Made by a program: the position numbers and the translations under genes. Shown one piece after another: positions 12,433-24,939 of a stretch of 64,000 nucleotides of DNA; position 1 is the stretch's first letter, and each line of letters opens with the position of its first letter. The notes beneath the pieces are model-generated. The model was not told where the DNA came from, searched no databases, and was given only the letters and a program-made list of their open reading frames with translations. Source of the stretch: Camelus ferus. Taxonomy: Eukaryota. The stretch spans positions 6,326,001 through 6,390,000 of the forward strand of contig NC_045696.1 of NCBI RefSeq assembly GCF_009834535.1, read 5' to 3'.

Positions 12433-14548
12433 AAAAAATCAATCAGTGTCTAGCCTTGTATCTATGGTCATTCTACTCTGTGCCCGCTTTAAGGTAGAAA
12501 ACAATATTCAATTATCTGGGACAATTTTGTATTTGATTTTATGTTGAAATCGTTCCTCTTGGATTTAGTAAATAGACATAATATTGATAGAATGTTCAGA
12601 TTTAGTGAAGGATGATTGATTCCTTCATTTGGAAAGTTCTGTATCTTTCCTGTATCTGTTGATTTTTCTCCCTCATTTCTATTCATTACTTTTAAATTCA
12701 GGAAAATGATGGGCAATTAAAATGGTTTCCATGATAAGGAACTATTTTAAGTAGCTAGGTTCTTTGCCCTGAAATTCTGTGTTTTCTCACGTTTACAAAC
12801 ACCTAATTCAAGGAACTCTCCCCCTGCTCTTACTTGAGAAGAGGTAACAACAGAAATAGCCCATTTTCAGGATGAATTCTCTCCTTTCAGATCTTGTTCC
12901 GTGAAAGGCAATGATCATCTAAACTAAAACACAGATGACAGCAGCACAGTTTTGTGGAGAGAGCTTTTGTTCCTGGCTCTTATCGGAGAAAATCTGTATG
13001 TGTTCAGAGGGAAATGGATTTTAATGTGGACTGTCAATTCTTTTTTGCATTTATAAGTGAGAGAAAAATTAGATAGTTAAAGGGTGGCAGTTTTGAGTTA
13101 TTAAGAATGATCTGGATTAGCCTCAACTTCCCTGGGTCAGTACAAGGCAGCCGCTGACACTTCGCATCTGGTTTTGGTTTGCAGTAACTAACAGAGAGGC
13201 ACGAGGTATGTGTAGGGCCATTGTTAGCGGTCTCCGTGCTCTTTTAAAGACAAAGCGCTCCCCACTCCAAAGGTACTGAAATACTTTTAACTCCAATTTA
13301 CAGATTAGGCAGAACCTCTTAGGTGAAGGGTCACTTAAGGGAGTTGAACAATTTCTTTGTGAACGTCCCAGTTTTCTGGCTGTTAAAGAAAATAATAAAA
13401 GAAAAAGAGCTCCCTGGTGCAAGAATTCCATAAAACAGAGAGAGGCGTGCGAGACACATTAATGGTTTCCATTCCTGATGAAAAGCTCCAAACAGCTTTG
13501 AGTAACATGGAATCAAATATCCCAGATCCCAGCCCAGGCGGGGCGGTGAGGCTTGGGTGCCCGGCTGTCCGGGAGGGGCACAGCGGTGCTCCTGCGTCCC
13601 CGAGAATTCAGCACAGGGGTTCAAAAGCAGGACAGCTTAGCTTCTTTAACGAAGTCTCAGATATTCAGGGAGAAATCCACACAGGGCTTTTGGGGGGTGA
13701 GCACACCGGACTCTGGTTCTCGGAAAAAGAGACCCACTGTGTGTCCCTGGGCTTTCTGCCTTTGCCCACAGTAAAGCTCTCGGCCAGCGCTCGGCCAAGC
13801 CCACCGCCGCGGTCTTCCAGATGGCTCTCATTAGAGTCCAGAACTGACCGGTGGGAGCCCCCAGGCGTCCTGGGAGCCATCCAGTCGGCAGTGGGGACGG
13901 AGCCCCTGGTTTCTAGGAGCTAATGTTTCAGGACAATAATAATGACGCCTTCTAAACACTAGGGCTTTTCTTTCTCGTGACTGAAGGGAAGGGATCCTCT
14001 CCCTCTGCTTCTCATGTCCCACCCCCTTTTCTGGGAAGTCACAGAGGGGGAAATGAAAGTTCTCCCACATCTCCTTGGGAGACAGATCTAGGGTTGAGGA
14101 GCAGAGCTGTTTCTAGAAAGTGGGAGTGGGGCACCAGCAGCGTGGAGCCCGAGAGCTGCTGGCCGTGGGTGTGGGCTGAGGATGAAGGGCAGGAGCAGAG
14201 CCGGTGGGGGGGGTCCCCCTCGGGGGGGTCCGGTGACCCTGAGGCCCGTGCAGGTTTAATGAGCAGAGAGGGAGAGGGCAGGAGAGGAGACTGGAGAGCT
14301 GTCACCCTTGTGTCCTTTCTCCTGAGCCAAAATGCTGTTGTGGTTCTGGCTTATTTCTCTCCCCAGCCGACACGTCAGGTTTTGTTTGTTGGTTTGGTGG
14401 AGGGCTGCTTCTCTTCCTTCCTGCGTGTTCCGTGGCAGACACAGAGCTGTGTATACAGTGGGTGCCAAGAAGGTTTGATGAATGGATGGATAGTCCCGTA
14501 AGAAGCGTATTTTCTGCTCTAACAGTTGCCAAGAACAACGGCTTGCCC

Positions 14549-15040
14549 ATTCCTCATTGCTGTGTAACAAATCACTCCAAAACCTCGTGGCTTCCAATCA
14601 CAATGATCATTTTAGTACTTACTCTTTTGCATGGTTCCGGGGCTTGACTGGGCTGCGATGGGCACTTCTCGCTCCAGGTCTCTCAGGTGGTTGCAGTCAA
14701 GTGGCAGTGGGGCTAGGGTCAGCGCACACCTTGCCTCACTTACGCCTCCAGGGGTGGGTGTGGCTGTTGGCTGGACGGTGACCTACACGTGGCCTCTCCA
14801 CGGGCCTGGGTTCCCTTTCAGTATGGTGGGTGACGTGTAAGAGTGGCTGTTCCCGAGAAAACCGGGTGATTTCACGTGGGAACTGTATCCTCTTTATAGG
14901 TAGCCCTGAAAGTCTCATAGCTGACCTTATGCTATAGTCACAAGCCCGCCAGCTTGGATGGGGGCAGTGTCATTGTCACCTTGTGACAGGCGTATTTGAC
15001 GAGACATCTTATTGGACCATCTTAGGAAATACAGTTGTCA
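14549..15040 (-). mobile_element. MLT1 (MaLR) LTR
   Basis: ATTGCTGTGTAACAAATCACTCCAAAAC...GTGGCTT, GCTCCAGGTCTCTC...GGTTGCAGTCAA and GTCACAAGCCCGCCAG are reverse MLT1 features. Confidence 0.75.
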
Positions 15041-15562
15041 TGGTGATACAGCGAATGCCAAGGAATGCAATGACTGTCATTCAGTGCATGTGAAGCCAGC
15101 CCTGCTGCTGAAATACTTTTACTGGAAATAATTGTAGTCGGGGTTACTTTGGAAAATGGCAAGGGCTGTGTAACAGACAAATGGGAGCCATTACTTCACT
15201 TTGCAGTTCAGGTCCGTCTGCTGCAGATACAACACGGTGCAGGCAGAATAGAGGGCAGAGACTCATTCACTCAGTCGTGTTTTGACTTGTTCATTCATTC
15301 AGTATTTATCTGTTCTTGTTGAATATCCGCTCACTGCTACGTACTGTTAGATCAGTTATTGAGATGGAAGTCCCATAACCTGCAGAGTCAGAAGACCTCT
15401 TAGAGACCCTTTGCCTTCTTCCCTTCCCAGTGCCTTGCCCTGGGGGACTTGCTCAAGAAAGTCACCCCTTAAGTTGCCCAGGGCATGTGGCCTGCACACT
15501 TGGGAGAGGAGGTGGCAGGTGGTTGGGGGAAGGGGCATCATGGAGGGGGTGGATAGGCAGCC

Positions 15563-15960
15563 TCTCTCTGTCTCTCTCTCTGCATCTGTTTGTCTTCTGC
15601 CTGCCTGCCCACCTACGTATCTGTCTGTCTATCTATCCATCTATCCATCCATTATTCTATCAATCTACCTATTGATCTGTTGATCTGTCATTGTATCTGT
15701 TCTATCTATCTGTCTGTCTATTTATTCTGTCTACCTACCTATCATTCTATCTATTAATCTACCTATCTATCGATCGGTCTATCATTTTATCAGTCTATCC
15801 ATCCATCATTCTATCTATCTATTCTATCATCTATTCGGTCTGTCTATCTATCTATCTATCATCAGTCATTCCATCTATTTATCTACCTATCATTCTATCC
15901 ATCCAGCTATCTGTCTAGCTACCTATCATCTGTCTGTCTTCATCATCATCATCATCTACT
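15563..15960. repeat. Degenerate (TCTA/TCCA/TCTG)n microsatellite ending in (CAT)n
   Basis: Long run of ATCT/CTAT units. Confidence 0.95.
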
Positions 15961-17796
15961 TTGCGTGAGTGTGAGAGAGAGAAGTGGGGCAGGCATGGAT
16001 GGCTCACAACTTCAGCAGCAGCTTTCATCTGAAGTTTGACTTGAACGTCTTAAGAATCGGCCATGAAGCAGTAGAAACCAGCTGAGCAGCACATGCGCTG
16101 GGCGCGTTGCTGGGCCCGTCATGAGGCCTCTCACTGTCGGGACCTCTTACCTGTCCCACTGGAGTGTCAAGTTCAAGTCAAACTTTGTCCCTCGAGGGGC
16201 CCTCCTGGGCTGCCCACTGGCAAGCCAGTGCTGCCCTTTCCACTGCTCCTGATTCGGTAGACGTTTTCATTCATTCATTCATTCAGCAAATGCTGGCTGA
16301 GTGCCAGCACGTGACAGAGCACTGGGACCTCAAGGGGGCTGCCACTGGGTGCAGGAGGGTGGCACAGAGCAGCCTGCTCAATGCATGCTGATTTCTCCTT
16401 TGAACAAGCCTGCAGAGTCACTGATTGATGGACAGATGGAAAATTGGCATGGGTGAATTAAATGACTTGTTGAGTCACTGAGCAGCTGAGGCTGAAGCTG
16501 GGCTGAGGTCTCACTGCCCTGAGCCGAGGCCTCTGTGGTCAGGGTGCCCCGCTGGCCTCGTGCTCCCCAAGATGTCCCCCAGGATCCCCCCACCAGCATG
16601 TGCATGTCGGCTTCGCCTGCTGACACAGAAGGATGCTCTGCACGCACATCCTCAGTTTCCACCCAAGCCCGCTGATGGTTGGTAATTAGCATTGTGGGTG
16701 CTGACTGCGCTGAGCCCAGAGTTACTGTCCTCCGCTCACCATGTCATGCTGCGTCACGGTGTCACCGTGTCTTCCTGTGTCAGCTGTGTCACGGTGAAGC
16801 TGGGCAAGGAGGCCACTGCTGTCACACTTTTCAATGCCTTGTCCCATCTGCCCTGTGTCATTTATGTGCCAGAGTAAAGTTTGTTTCCCTTTAAAACTCG
16901 CCAACTCGCAGATGAAATACTGCCTTAATTATCCTTCTGTAGAACACACTGAAAATGAATCTCTGATCCCCTGGCAGAGCGAGAGGAAAACCCGTCGTCA
17001 GCCGCGGTCACCGGTGCCCCTTCACATGCCAGTCAGAGATTTGCCCACGTGGCCCCTCCTCGGGATGGCCAGGAGCACAAACAGCTGTCACCTATTGACC
17101 TCACTGTCCCTTGGTATATGCACCAAAGTGGAAGGAAAAAAAGGAAATACTGCAGGTATTTTTAAGTACAACTGAGGACAGAAAGAGGAAAGCTGCAAAA
17201 TCGGTTAACTTTTTTGGTTTTGCAGATATTTGAGGCCCTGCGTTTTGCTTTAATTGGGTAGCATTTTGCTGACCCAGAAGTCAGCGTAATTGCATAATAG
17301 GACTGTTTTCAAGAAAACCCTCACATTTAGTTTTAGAGCTTTTATTTCATATATATTTATATATACCTTCATAATGTGTACCACTTGCTAGGTGATACAC
17401 TATAAGCATATTCCAAGATGCTACATTTTTTTTTTAATAAACGGGGGAGCTACGAAGTATCTCTTGCGTATTATGGTACAATCCATAACCCTGCCACAGT
17501 TCTCATCTCTGGAAGTTCTCATCCTGATATCTGAGTTTAGGCAAAGTGCTAGCCCTGAAACCAAAAAATAAATGTGCTCAAAGTTTACTGTCTATTTGTT
17601 GGAACCTGCACGGAGTACATATTGAACCATTTAGAATTATTGTGAAATAGAATATTTTCAGGGTTTGAAATTACTATTATTTTTTAAAATGTATTTTTAT
17701 TGAAGTATAGTCAGTTTACAGTGTTGTGAAAGGATGAGACCGATTTGTGGGACAGTCTCACAGCACACGTTTTGCTTGTATTGTTTGTTTTTTTCA

Positions 17797-17913
17797 CGAG
17801 GTGGGGTAATTAGGCTTATTCATTGATTTCTGCTTGGAGGAGGTGCTGGGGATTGAACCCAGGACCTCTTGCGTGCTGGGCATGCGCTCTGCCACTTGAG
17901 CTATGCTTTTCTC
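17797..17913 (-). mobile_element. tRNA-derived SINE (camelid Vic-1-like)
   Basis: GGAGGTGCTGGGGATTGAACCCAGGACCTC...GCGCTCTGCCACTTGAGCTAT is a reversed tRNA-like head with A/B boxes, plus the family tail GGGGTAATTAGG. Confidence 0.8.
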
Positions 17914-18202
17914 TTTGAAATTATTAACCGTGATACAGAACCATTAGACAGCGTCCATGGTCAAATCTCAGCCAGGAGAATGATGCCTTTAGTCTTGTGC
18001 AGATAATTTCTGTTTCTTGATGTTCCACAATGATGAACAATTTAAAATTTTCAGAAAAAAGGTCTACATTATGACTGTTGGACTTTGATTTTTAATGGAT
18101 AAAATGAGACAACTTTCTAGGATAATAATATCAATTCAAGAAATATGAAGGCAAGATTTAGGCGTACTCACATGCTTTCTATGGTCCTTTTAGAGGGACA
18201 TT

Positions 18203-18220
18203 TGGCGCCCTCTTGTGGCA
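18203..18220 (-). promoter_or_regulatory. Candidate CTCF binding site
   Basis: Minus strand reads TGCCACAAGAGGGCGCCA, matching the CTCF core CCASYAGRKGGCRS with one mismatch, in unique sequence. Confidence 0.65.
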
Positions 18221-21154
18221 ATAATCCAAGCCATTCGAAAGGAAATTCCCTGCAAAGCTTACTTCTGGTTTCCAGGTAGTGAACAAAGCAGTGTAGTTCT
18301 TTTAGCCAATAGGTCATTGCTTCCTAAAATTCTTGAGGCAAAATGATTTTTTGTGGTTGTAAGTTAAGGACAAAATAGTACCCTCTAGGCAGATTGCTTA
18401 TGTTCTGGCCTGTCGCTGACAATACATTCAGAAAGAACGTTTCCACTTGGCCCCAAATACTGTGGTTTTTCCTAGATTATGTGCTGTGATTGTTTTGGGA
18501 TCAGATGAAAACTAAGAATTAATCTACAGCATAGTTTTGATTCAATTCAGTGCATTTAAACAGAATGAAACAAATTTTTTTTTCATGAGGGTGAATTTGA
18601 GAAAAATTGGCCTATACTCTGTACCTCTAAGAGGAAACGGTTTCTTTACCTCGCTTTGCAGAGGAGAGGATACAAGATGAGCTAGTGACTAGCCAAGCCG
18701 TCACAGTGAGACAGACTGTTCCACACACTTGCCTTCAAGTATGGGTCTAGGGCTCGGTGATGCCTGCAGGTTGCCTGATCACACGCGTGCGAATCAAAAT
18801 GCATTATTTACAGCAAACATTTTCTTGCTTGGCTTCATCTCTGCTTCCGTGAGCAATGTAAACAAATCAGCAGATACATAAACCAGTTCAGTGATGTGGA
18901 AAGAAAAGACATCTCCATTCATGACTAAAAGCAGCCTTAATAAACAGGGCGTGCAATTGTTGAATGCAGGCGTCTCTGGAAATTTCCATTAATTGGGTGA
19001 CGTGATGGTGCTGTTTGAATGATCTTTCTTTAAGAAATAATTTATAAAATAATTACAGAGCAAGACAAGAATAAATGTTGACATCCAGTATCTTATAAAT
19101 GAGACTGACACATGTAGGAAAAACATTTAAAAGACTATCTAGTGATCAAAATCTTGAGTTAATTTCAGCAGCCCTGAGGAGCTTCTCAGGATGGCCAGGG
19201 ATGATGGCTGAGGACAGTGTTTGGGACACAAAACCCCAAACTGAGAAGCAGACAGAGGAGCAGGATGGCTTTTAGGCAGACAGCCACACACCTTTGTGCC
19301 CTCTGGTTATGTGACCTGGATGCAGACTGCCTTGTGGTGGCCAGTGGCAATTTGATGACTATAACATATATACTCATTTATGCCTCAGTTATATGGATGA
19401 AGACCTTGAAATGCATTTAATGGTTCACAAATTGTATATAGACACATGATCACTGAAACAGGAAATTTAAATATCCTTTTAACAAAATTATTGTGTCAAA
19501 ATAATTACTCTTGTTTCTTTCGTTTTTGCTTCTTAATTTTTTTTTAAGCCACAAGTAATAAGTTGACATATTTAGGGTTCCTGATCCTGGTTTTAATACT
19601 TCTTGCATTTTTAGAAGCACTGGAGTTGGGTAAGAGGCAGAGTTGGCAAAATGGGAGAATACTTGTGATGCTTATGAAATTGCGCCCCTGAAATCATTGC
19701 TCCATTTGAGCCCATAGAACCGAACTTGACATAACATGCTTCAGAATGAAGGAAGTTGCAGCTCGGTGTTGAGAAGTTGAGGATTTAGTGTGTGATAACA
19801 GCTTCCTTGGTTTAGATTAGTTCAGATCAACCAAGATGCTGAAGAATATGCTAACCACTTAGAGAAAATGAGAAAGTGTTGAAACAATAGTTATTAAAAT
19901 TGTAATTGGATGATTGCTTAAGGTGCTGCTGGAGGATATGCACCCCGCCAGCCTTACCCAATGGAGTGAAACCGTGCTCCTGGCTGCGCTCTGAAGAGAA
20001 AGACGGTCTTTAACCAGGATAAGGTGGGTGACTGTGGGGACTAAGAGTGCCTTATGCTGTATCTGTTCTCAGGAGAAGCCTCCAACTGACAGAGATGGAA
20101 AAGTTCCACTGAGGGATGGAGTTTTCCACTGTGGGGGCAGCTCCAGGTGCAGATCCTTATCTGCAGTCGCAGGCACGTCCCTGGCAAGAATCCTTGGGAC
20201 GTCCTTCTTGCAAGGTTCTCGTGAATAATCCAAACGTTACACATTTTAAGATTCATGTGTCATCTTAGGGACAATACACAGCACTTTTGTCCTATTGTTT
20301 TGCCCTTAAAGAGTCTGCATTTCATGGTCGGTCCCAGGCTCTGCAGTTTTGTGTGGGCGGAATTTGAGTCGCCGGACACAGGCTTCCTGAATGCAGACAC
20401 CAGGGTCTGGACAGAGTCCTGGCCCTCTTGTTTCCCAGTGCCCAGCAGAGGGCCAGGCAGGGAAAAGACACTCACTGAATATTGGCTGGATGGAATAATG
20501 CTAGGACCATCACAAAACACAGGAGCGTCTCCTGTGTTCCTTACTAAAATTAATCAAAAAGAGCTATTCTAAAAAGAAGTGTGCATTAAAAAAAATCAAT
20601 ACCTCTATTTTACGTGTAGGAAAACCAAAATATTCTATAATAAATTCATCGTACAATGCACAATATAGTCAAAGCTCTGAAGTAGAATTAGTGTCTTAAG
20701 CATGTCCCATCTTCAACCAATAAACATACTCCTCTTAGGAGGTGAAAAAATAACCCGAATTAAAAATACTGAAAGTGAACATCATGAATACGTACTGGTG
20801 AATAATGAATATTTCTATGTCACTCTAAACTCTTTGGATTCTATGAATGAACGCTCCAAGGTACAAATACTTGTTATGGCTTCCTATGTCTTTAAAATAG
20901 CCTCTAAAATAATTTCCAATTTGGTAACCCTAACAGCTAATGCCATTTAGTTTTACGTAGAATTGTATCATAGTCGTAAAGCTAAAGTCACAAGAAAATA
21001 ATGACACTGTCACTTGAAGATCATCTCAGGCTTCTGGTCACCATCTGTCTAATCAGACATCCTTTAATGATTGCCAGCGGCAAGTCTAAGGAATTCACGA
21101 TCGACCTCCTAAGTACATCAAGCAACGTGCTAATCCAGCCCGAAAACTGCACCT

Positions 21155-21302
21155 CTCGGGGAGTGATGGAAGTGTTAGCTTTCTTGGTGGTGGTGGTGGC
21201 TTCCTGGGTGTGTACGTCTATCAAAATCCATCAGAGTGTACGTCTGAAATATGTGTAGTTTACTGCACAGGAACCACACCACAATGAAGGTGTTAAAAAA
21301 AG
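21155..21302 (+). mobile_element. Old L1 3'UTR end
   Basis: GGGAGTGATGGAAGTGTT...TCTTGG...GGTGGTGG...TCAAAATCCATC...TGAAATATGTGTAGTTTACTG...AAAAAA. Confidence 0.65.
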
Positions 21303-24164
21303 ACAGTGGCAAACAACAAGGACCTCCTGTGTAGCACAGGGAAATATGAGGATGTGCATTTTGGTGAGGACAACACGGGGCCTGACAATGTAGGTTTCAT
21401 GTGCTGCATGTTATACAGACACTGACAAAAAAAGGAGAACATTGCACGTTACTCATGGAACTTCCACATTAAAATGTAGCCTATGTTTATTGTATCTGAT
21501 TTTTAAAGAGAGAAATCTATGGGAAATGTTTATTTAACACTGTATTACAAAAATTTTAAAACTCAAAAACAGTAGAGCAGATAATAGGATGGAGCCTCAT
21601 ATAGTTAGAGATTTGACGATTGGACCATCTTGTCAGATTTGTGTGGTGTTAGTTTCGGTGAATTCTTTTAAACGATAGAAATTATTACACTTTCATCTTC
21701 AGTATTTCAGGGAACAGCTCTATGTAATAAGGACATTTTCCTACAAAAGCATTATTGAAGCTGTATAGTTAATGATAAATATAATATGATGGAACCACCT
21801 TCATCTATTCAGATTTCTCTAGCAGTCCTGGAAAAGTCTTTGACTTCTCATTTGTTCGTATCAGTATCTAATCATGGACCATGATGTGCATTTGGGCTTT
21901 GGGTTTCTTAAGTTCCATTCACCCGAGAACTCCCCTGCCCTGTTCCTCGCTTCCTTCCCCATGACACTGGCTCGCTGGACATAGTAAGCAGAACTTGTAG
22001 GACAGGGGAGCCAATTTTACTCGACTTTATTATTTATTTATCTATTTTTATTGAAGTTATTGTGAGTGTTTTGAAAATACGGATGAGCCAAAGGAGAAGG
22101 GTGGAAGGTACAAAAAAGGAAAGAGTCTCTCCCATTCGTCCTGTAGCATGTAACCAACCCATATTTCTACTTTGCCTTTTCATTTTTAACAAAATGAGTC
22201 TGGGATGTAATTCTCCTTTACAGCCTGACTTAACTTAGCAGACCTCATATGATAGTTTTCTGTATCCCTGTAAGCATTCATCTGTGACATCGTTTTCCTG
22301 CGGTATTTCAGTGATGATTATTTCATTGTATGCGAGGATCAGTCAGGTCAGTCATGAGGGAATCTTCTGTTGCGTCTCCATCCAAGTTGGTGGCCCGTTA
22401 ACCTCTTTGCTACACACTCAGACATTGTTTTCAGACCCACATTGCCTTCATCCAGACTGTTCTCGACTCTGACCTTCCTCTGTAGATGCCACACAGAGAA
22501 GTTTGTCGGAGAACAAGGATGACAACTTGTTGACTGTTTAGAAAATGGGAAGGCGTGGTTTCAGGACAAATAAATCACAGTGTTCCTTTTATGAGAAAGT
22601 GTTCGGTCTGTTTTACATTCTTTCCTTTCGCATTTGGAGTAAGAGATGAACAGGCTTTGGTAAATTCATGGGTAATGGCTCCAGGATGGGTGAGTACAAA
22701 ATGGGAACGTGCAGTTTTCTCCCACAGGTGCTGGGGTAGGGGGAGCACACTGTTCCAGCATGGTGTTTGCTGTGTCCCAGGTTGGGGTGGAAAAGGATCC
22801 TGTCCTGACGCATTCATGGCCGGATGACCCGGGTGGAGGCCACTTATATTGCTCCTGAAATGGGTCTGCATGGTGACCTGAAGGGTGGCTTCCCCCCAGG
22901 AGGGATGGTGTCTAGGTGGAGGGACAGCCCGGTCCTTCGGCTGCTGCGTGATCTGGCATTGAGGCCATTTAACAGCAGAGGCTTGGGTAGCGGTGCTGGG
23001 AGGGTAGAGTGATTTTCAGACGACCTCCTCCTGAATAATATTTGGGAAGTGGTTTCTGCACTCCTGGAGTCTAATTCATAGATGTGCCTTAATCAGCAGC
23101 CAGTTGAAGTTTGTGGTTTTTTTTTTTTTTTAAAGAACTTTGCCTCCAAATGTCAGAGATGGTGCCCTCTGCTGTTGTAGGTGTGACGAGTAACTTTCTT
23201 TGAAGATGATAGAAATCAATCAACATTTACCACTAGAGATGAGGAAGATGTGCATTTTTACAGTTTTGTAACTGGATTTATAACTCATTATCTCAAAACT
23301 GCATTTTTCTTGCATCTCTTTCTGTAGTGTATGCGTTTTCAAAATTAGACGCAGTGAAACTTACGGATACACCCTTCAGGAAACAGACCAAAGAGTAGCA
23401 CTGGGTTTGGTTTGTAAGTTCCAGGCTAAGGTATTAGTCTCGAATAAAATTTTATTAAAGAATAAAATACATGTTTGTATATACATAGATACACATAGAG
23501 AGACAGAGATGGAGAGAGAGCGCAAAGTAAATGGAATAAATGACCAAAGGGGGAGTGACTTGTGCAGGATGTTAGGAACGCTTTGTATTATCTTGTAATT
23601 TTTCTCTTAAGTTTGAGATTATTTCCAAATAAAGAGTTTAAACACTGACTCTTTGCTGTTTGATTTGAATTAGCCCAGAACCAAGGAGTGAAGGGCAGGC
23701 CCTGAAGGGAGAATTAGCTCCCCATTAAGTGCTGATGCTTCCCCAGTGCAGAGGACAAGAGAAGGGCTGGGTTGGAGGCCAGGCGGCAGTGGGGAGAGGG
23801 CCACAGGGAACTCTCTTCCACGGCTGGTTTTGTTAGCACAGGGGTCTCCCTCCTCAAGGCTGCTCTCAGGGAACTCTGTAGCAGAGCACTGCTTATTGGG
23901 GTCCTACGGTTAACGCTGAAAATCAAGGAATCTCGGTGGAGCCGAGAGAGCCCTTTTCCCAGCACTCCTGAATCCTGGCGGAAGCTGCCCAGATAAAACA
24001 ACTCAGGACTTTGAAATTTTAGGGGAAACACAGTCTTAATCAGCCTCCCATTTCATTTATTGTTCAGAGATGAAAAGAGCGGAAGTCAACATCCCCTCAA
24101 AATGTGGATGCTGACAGCGCGGCAGGTTCTGAGTTTTACACAGAACAAGATTTCCTACATTTTC

Positions 24165-24320
24165 TCGCTTTCTCTCTCTCCCTCTTTCTCTCTATTTTCC
24201 TTCCTTCCTCTTTTTCTTTCCCTTTCTTTCCTTCTTTCCTCTCTTTCTCTCTCTCCCTCCTTCTCTCTTTCTCTCTTTCTCTCTTTTCTCCCCCTCCTCA
24301 TCTTTCCTTCTCTTTCCTCT
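24165..24320. repeat. CT-rich low-complexity / (CT)n-(CTTT)n tract
   Basis: About 155 bp almost entirely pyrimidine. Confidence 0.9.
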
Positions 24321-24939
24321 GTCCTGACACTAGGGGAAGTCATGGGGACAGTAAAAGACACAGAAACCCAGCCTCATTTCTCGAGCTCTGACGTGGGCAG
24401 GCCTGACGTCTGAGTGAAACCAAGTCCCTGACCCTCCGCCTCTGAAGCCCAGCGCGGCTGGATGACTCAGGGTTTGGTCCATTGTGTTCTGTGGGTCCCC
24501 GGTGGAGACCACACCTCTTTACTGGTCCAACTTTAACTAGCGTAGCTAGATTCAAAGCAAAATGTTATTTCTTCCAGAGAACAAGTAATTTCCTGAAAAT
24601 GAGTAATTAAAAGGCCTGGAATCCTCTGAGGAATGTTCAGGCCTGCATTAAGTGGGCTTCCTTCGGGTGGAAAACGGACGTGTGGCCCTGAACTTACAGC
24701 TTGGATTTAAAAACATTTCATGAGGATGGGGCATCTCCGTGTCTCCGGGAGTTCTCTCGGGGCCTGTGGCCTGCAACGGGGATGTTTGTCCAAGTGGGGC
24801 CAGCTTGCGGATAATAATGAAGCATCTGTAGTCATTCAGAGCATTTGGTTTTTAAATAAATATTTGAAAGCAAGAATTTGACAGGTTTATTTTCCTCTTT
24901 ATTTCTTTTAGTTACTTTAATTCAAGAGTCTGCATTTTC

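Noticed and set aside
13417..14501. 168-aa and 174-aa plus-strand ORFs
   Set aside because: GTG starts in GC-rich DNA, which has few stops, and no similarity to ERG or any protein I recognise.
15411..15918. Y/L/S/I-rich ORFs
   Set aside because: Translation of the (TCTA)n microsatellite.
20530..21140. AT-rich stretch suggestive of an old DNA-transposon remnant
   Set aside because: I could not assign a family or find terminal repeats by eye; needs a Dfam search.
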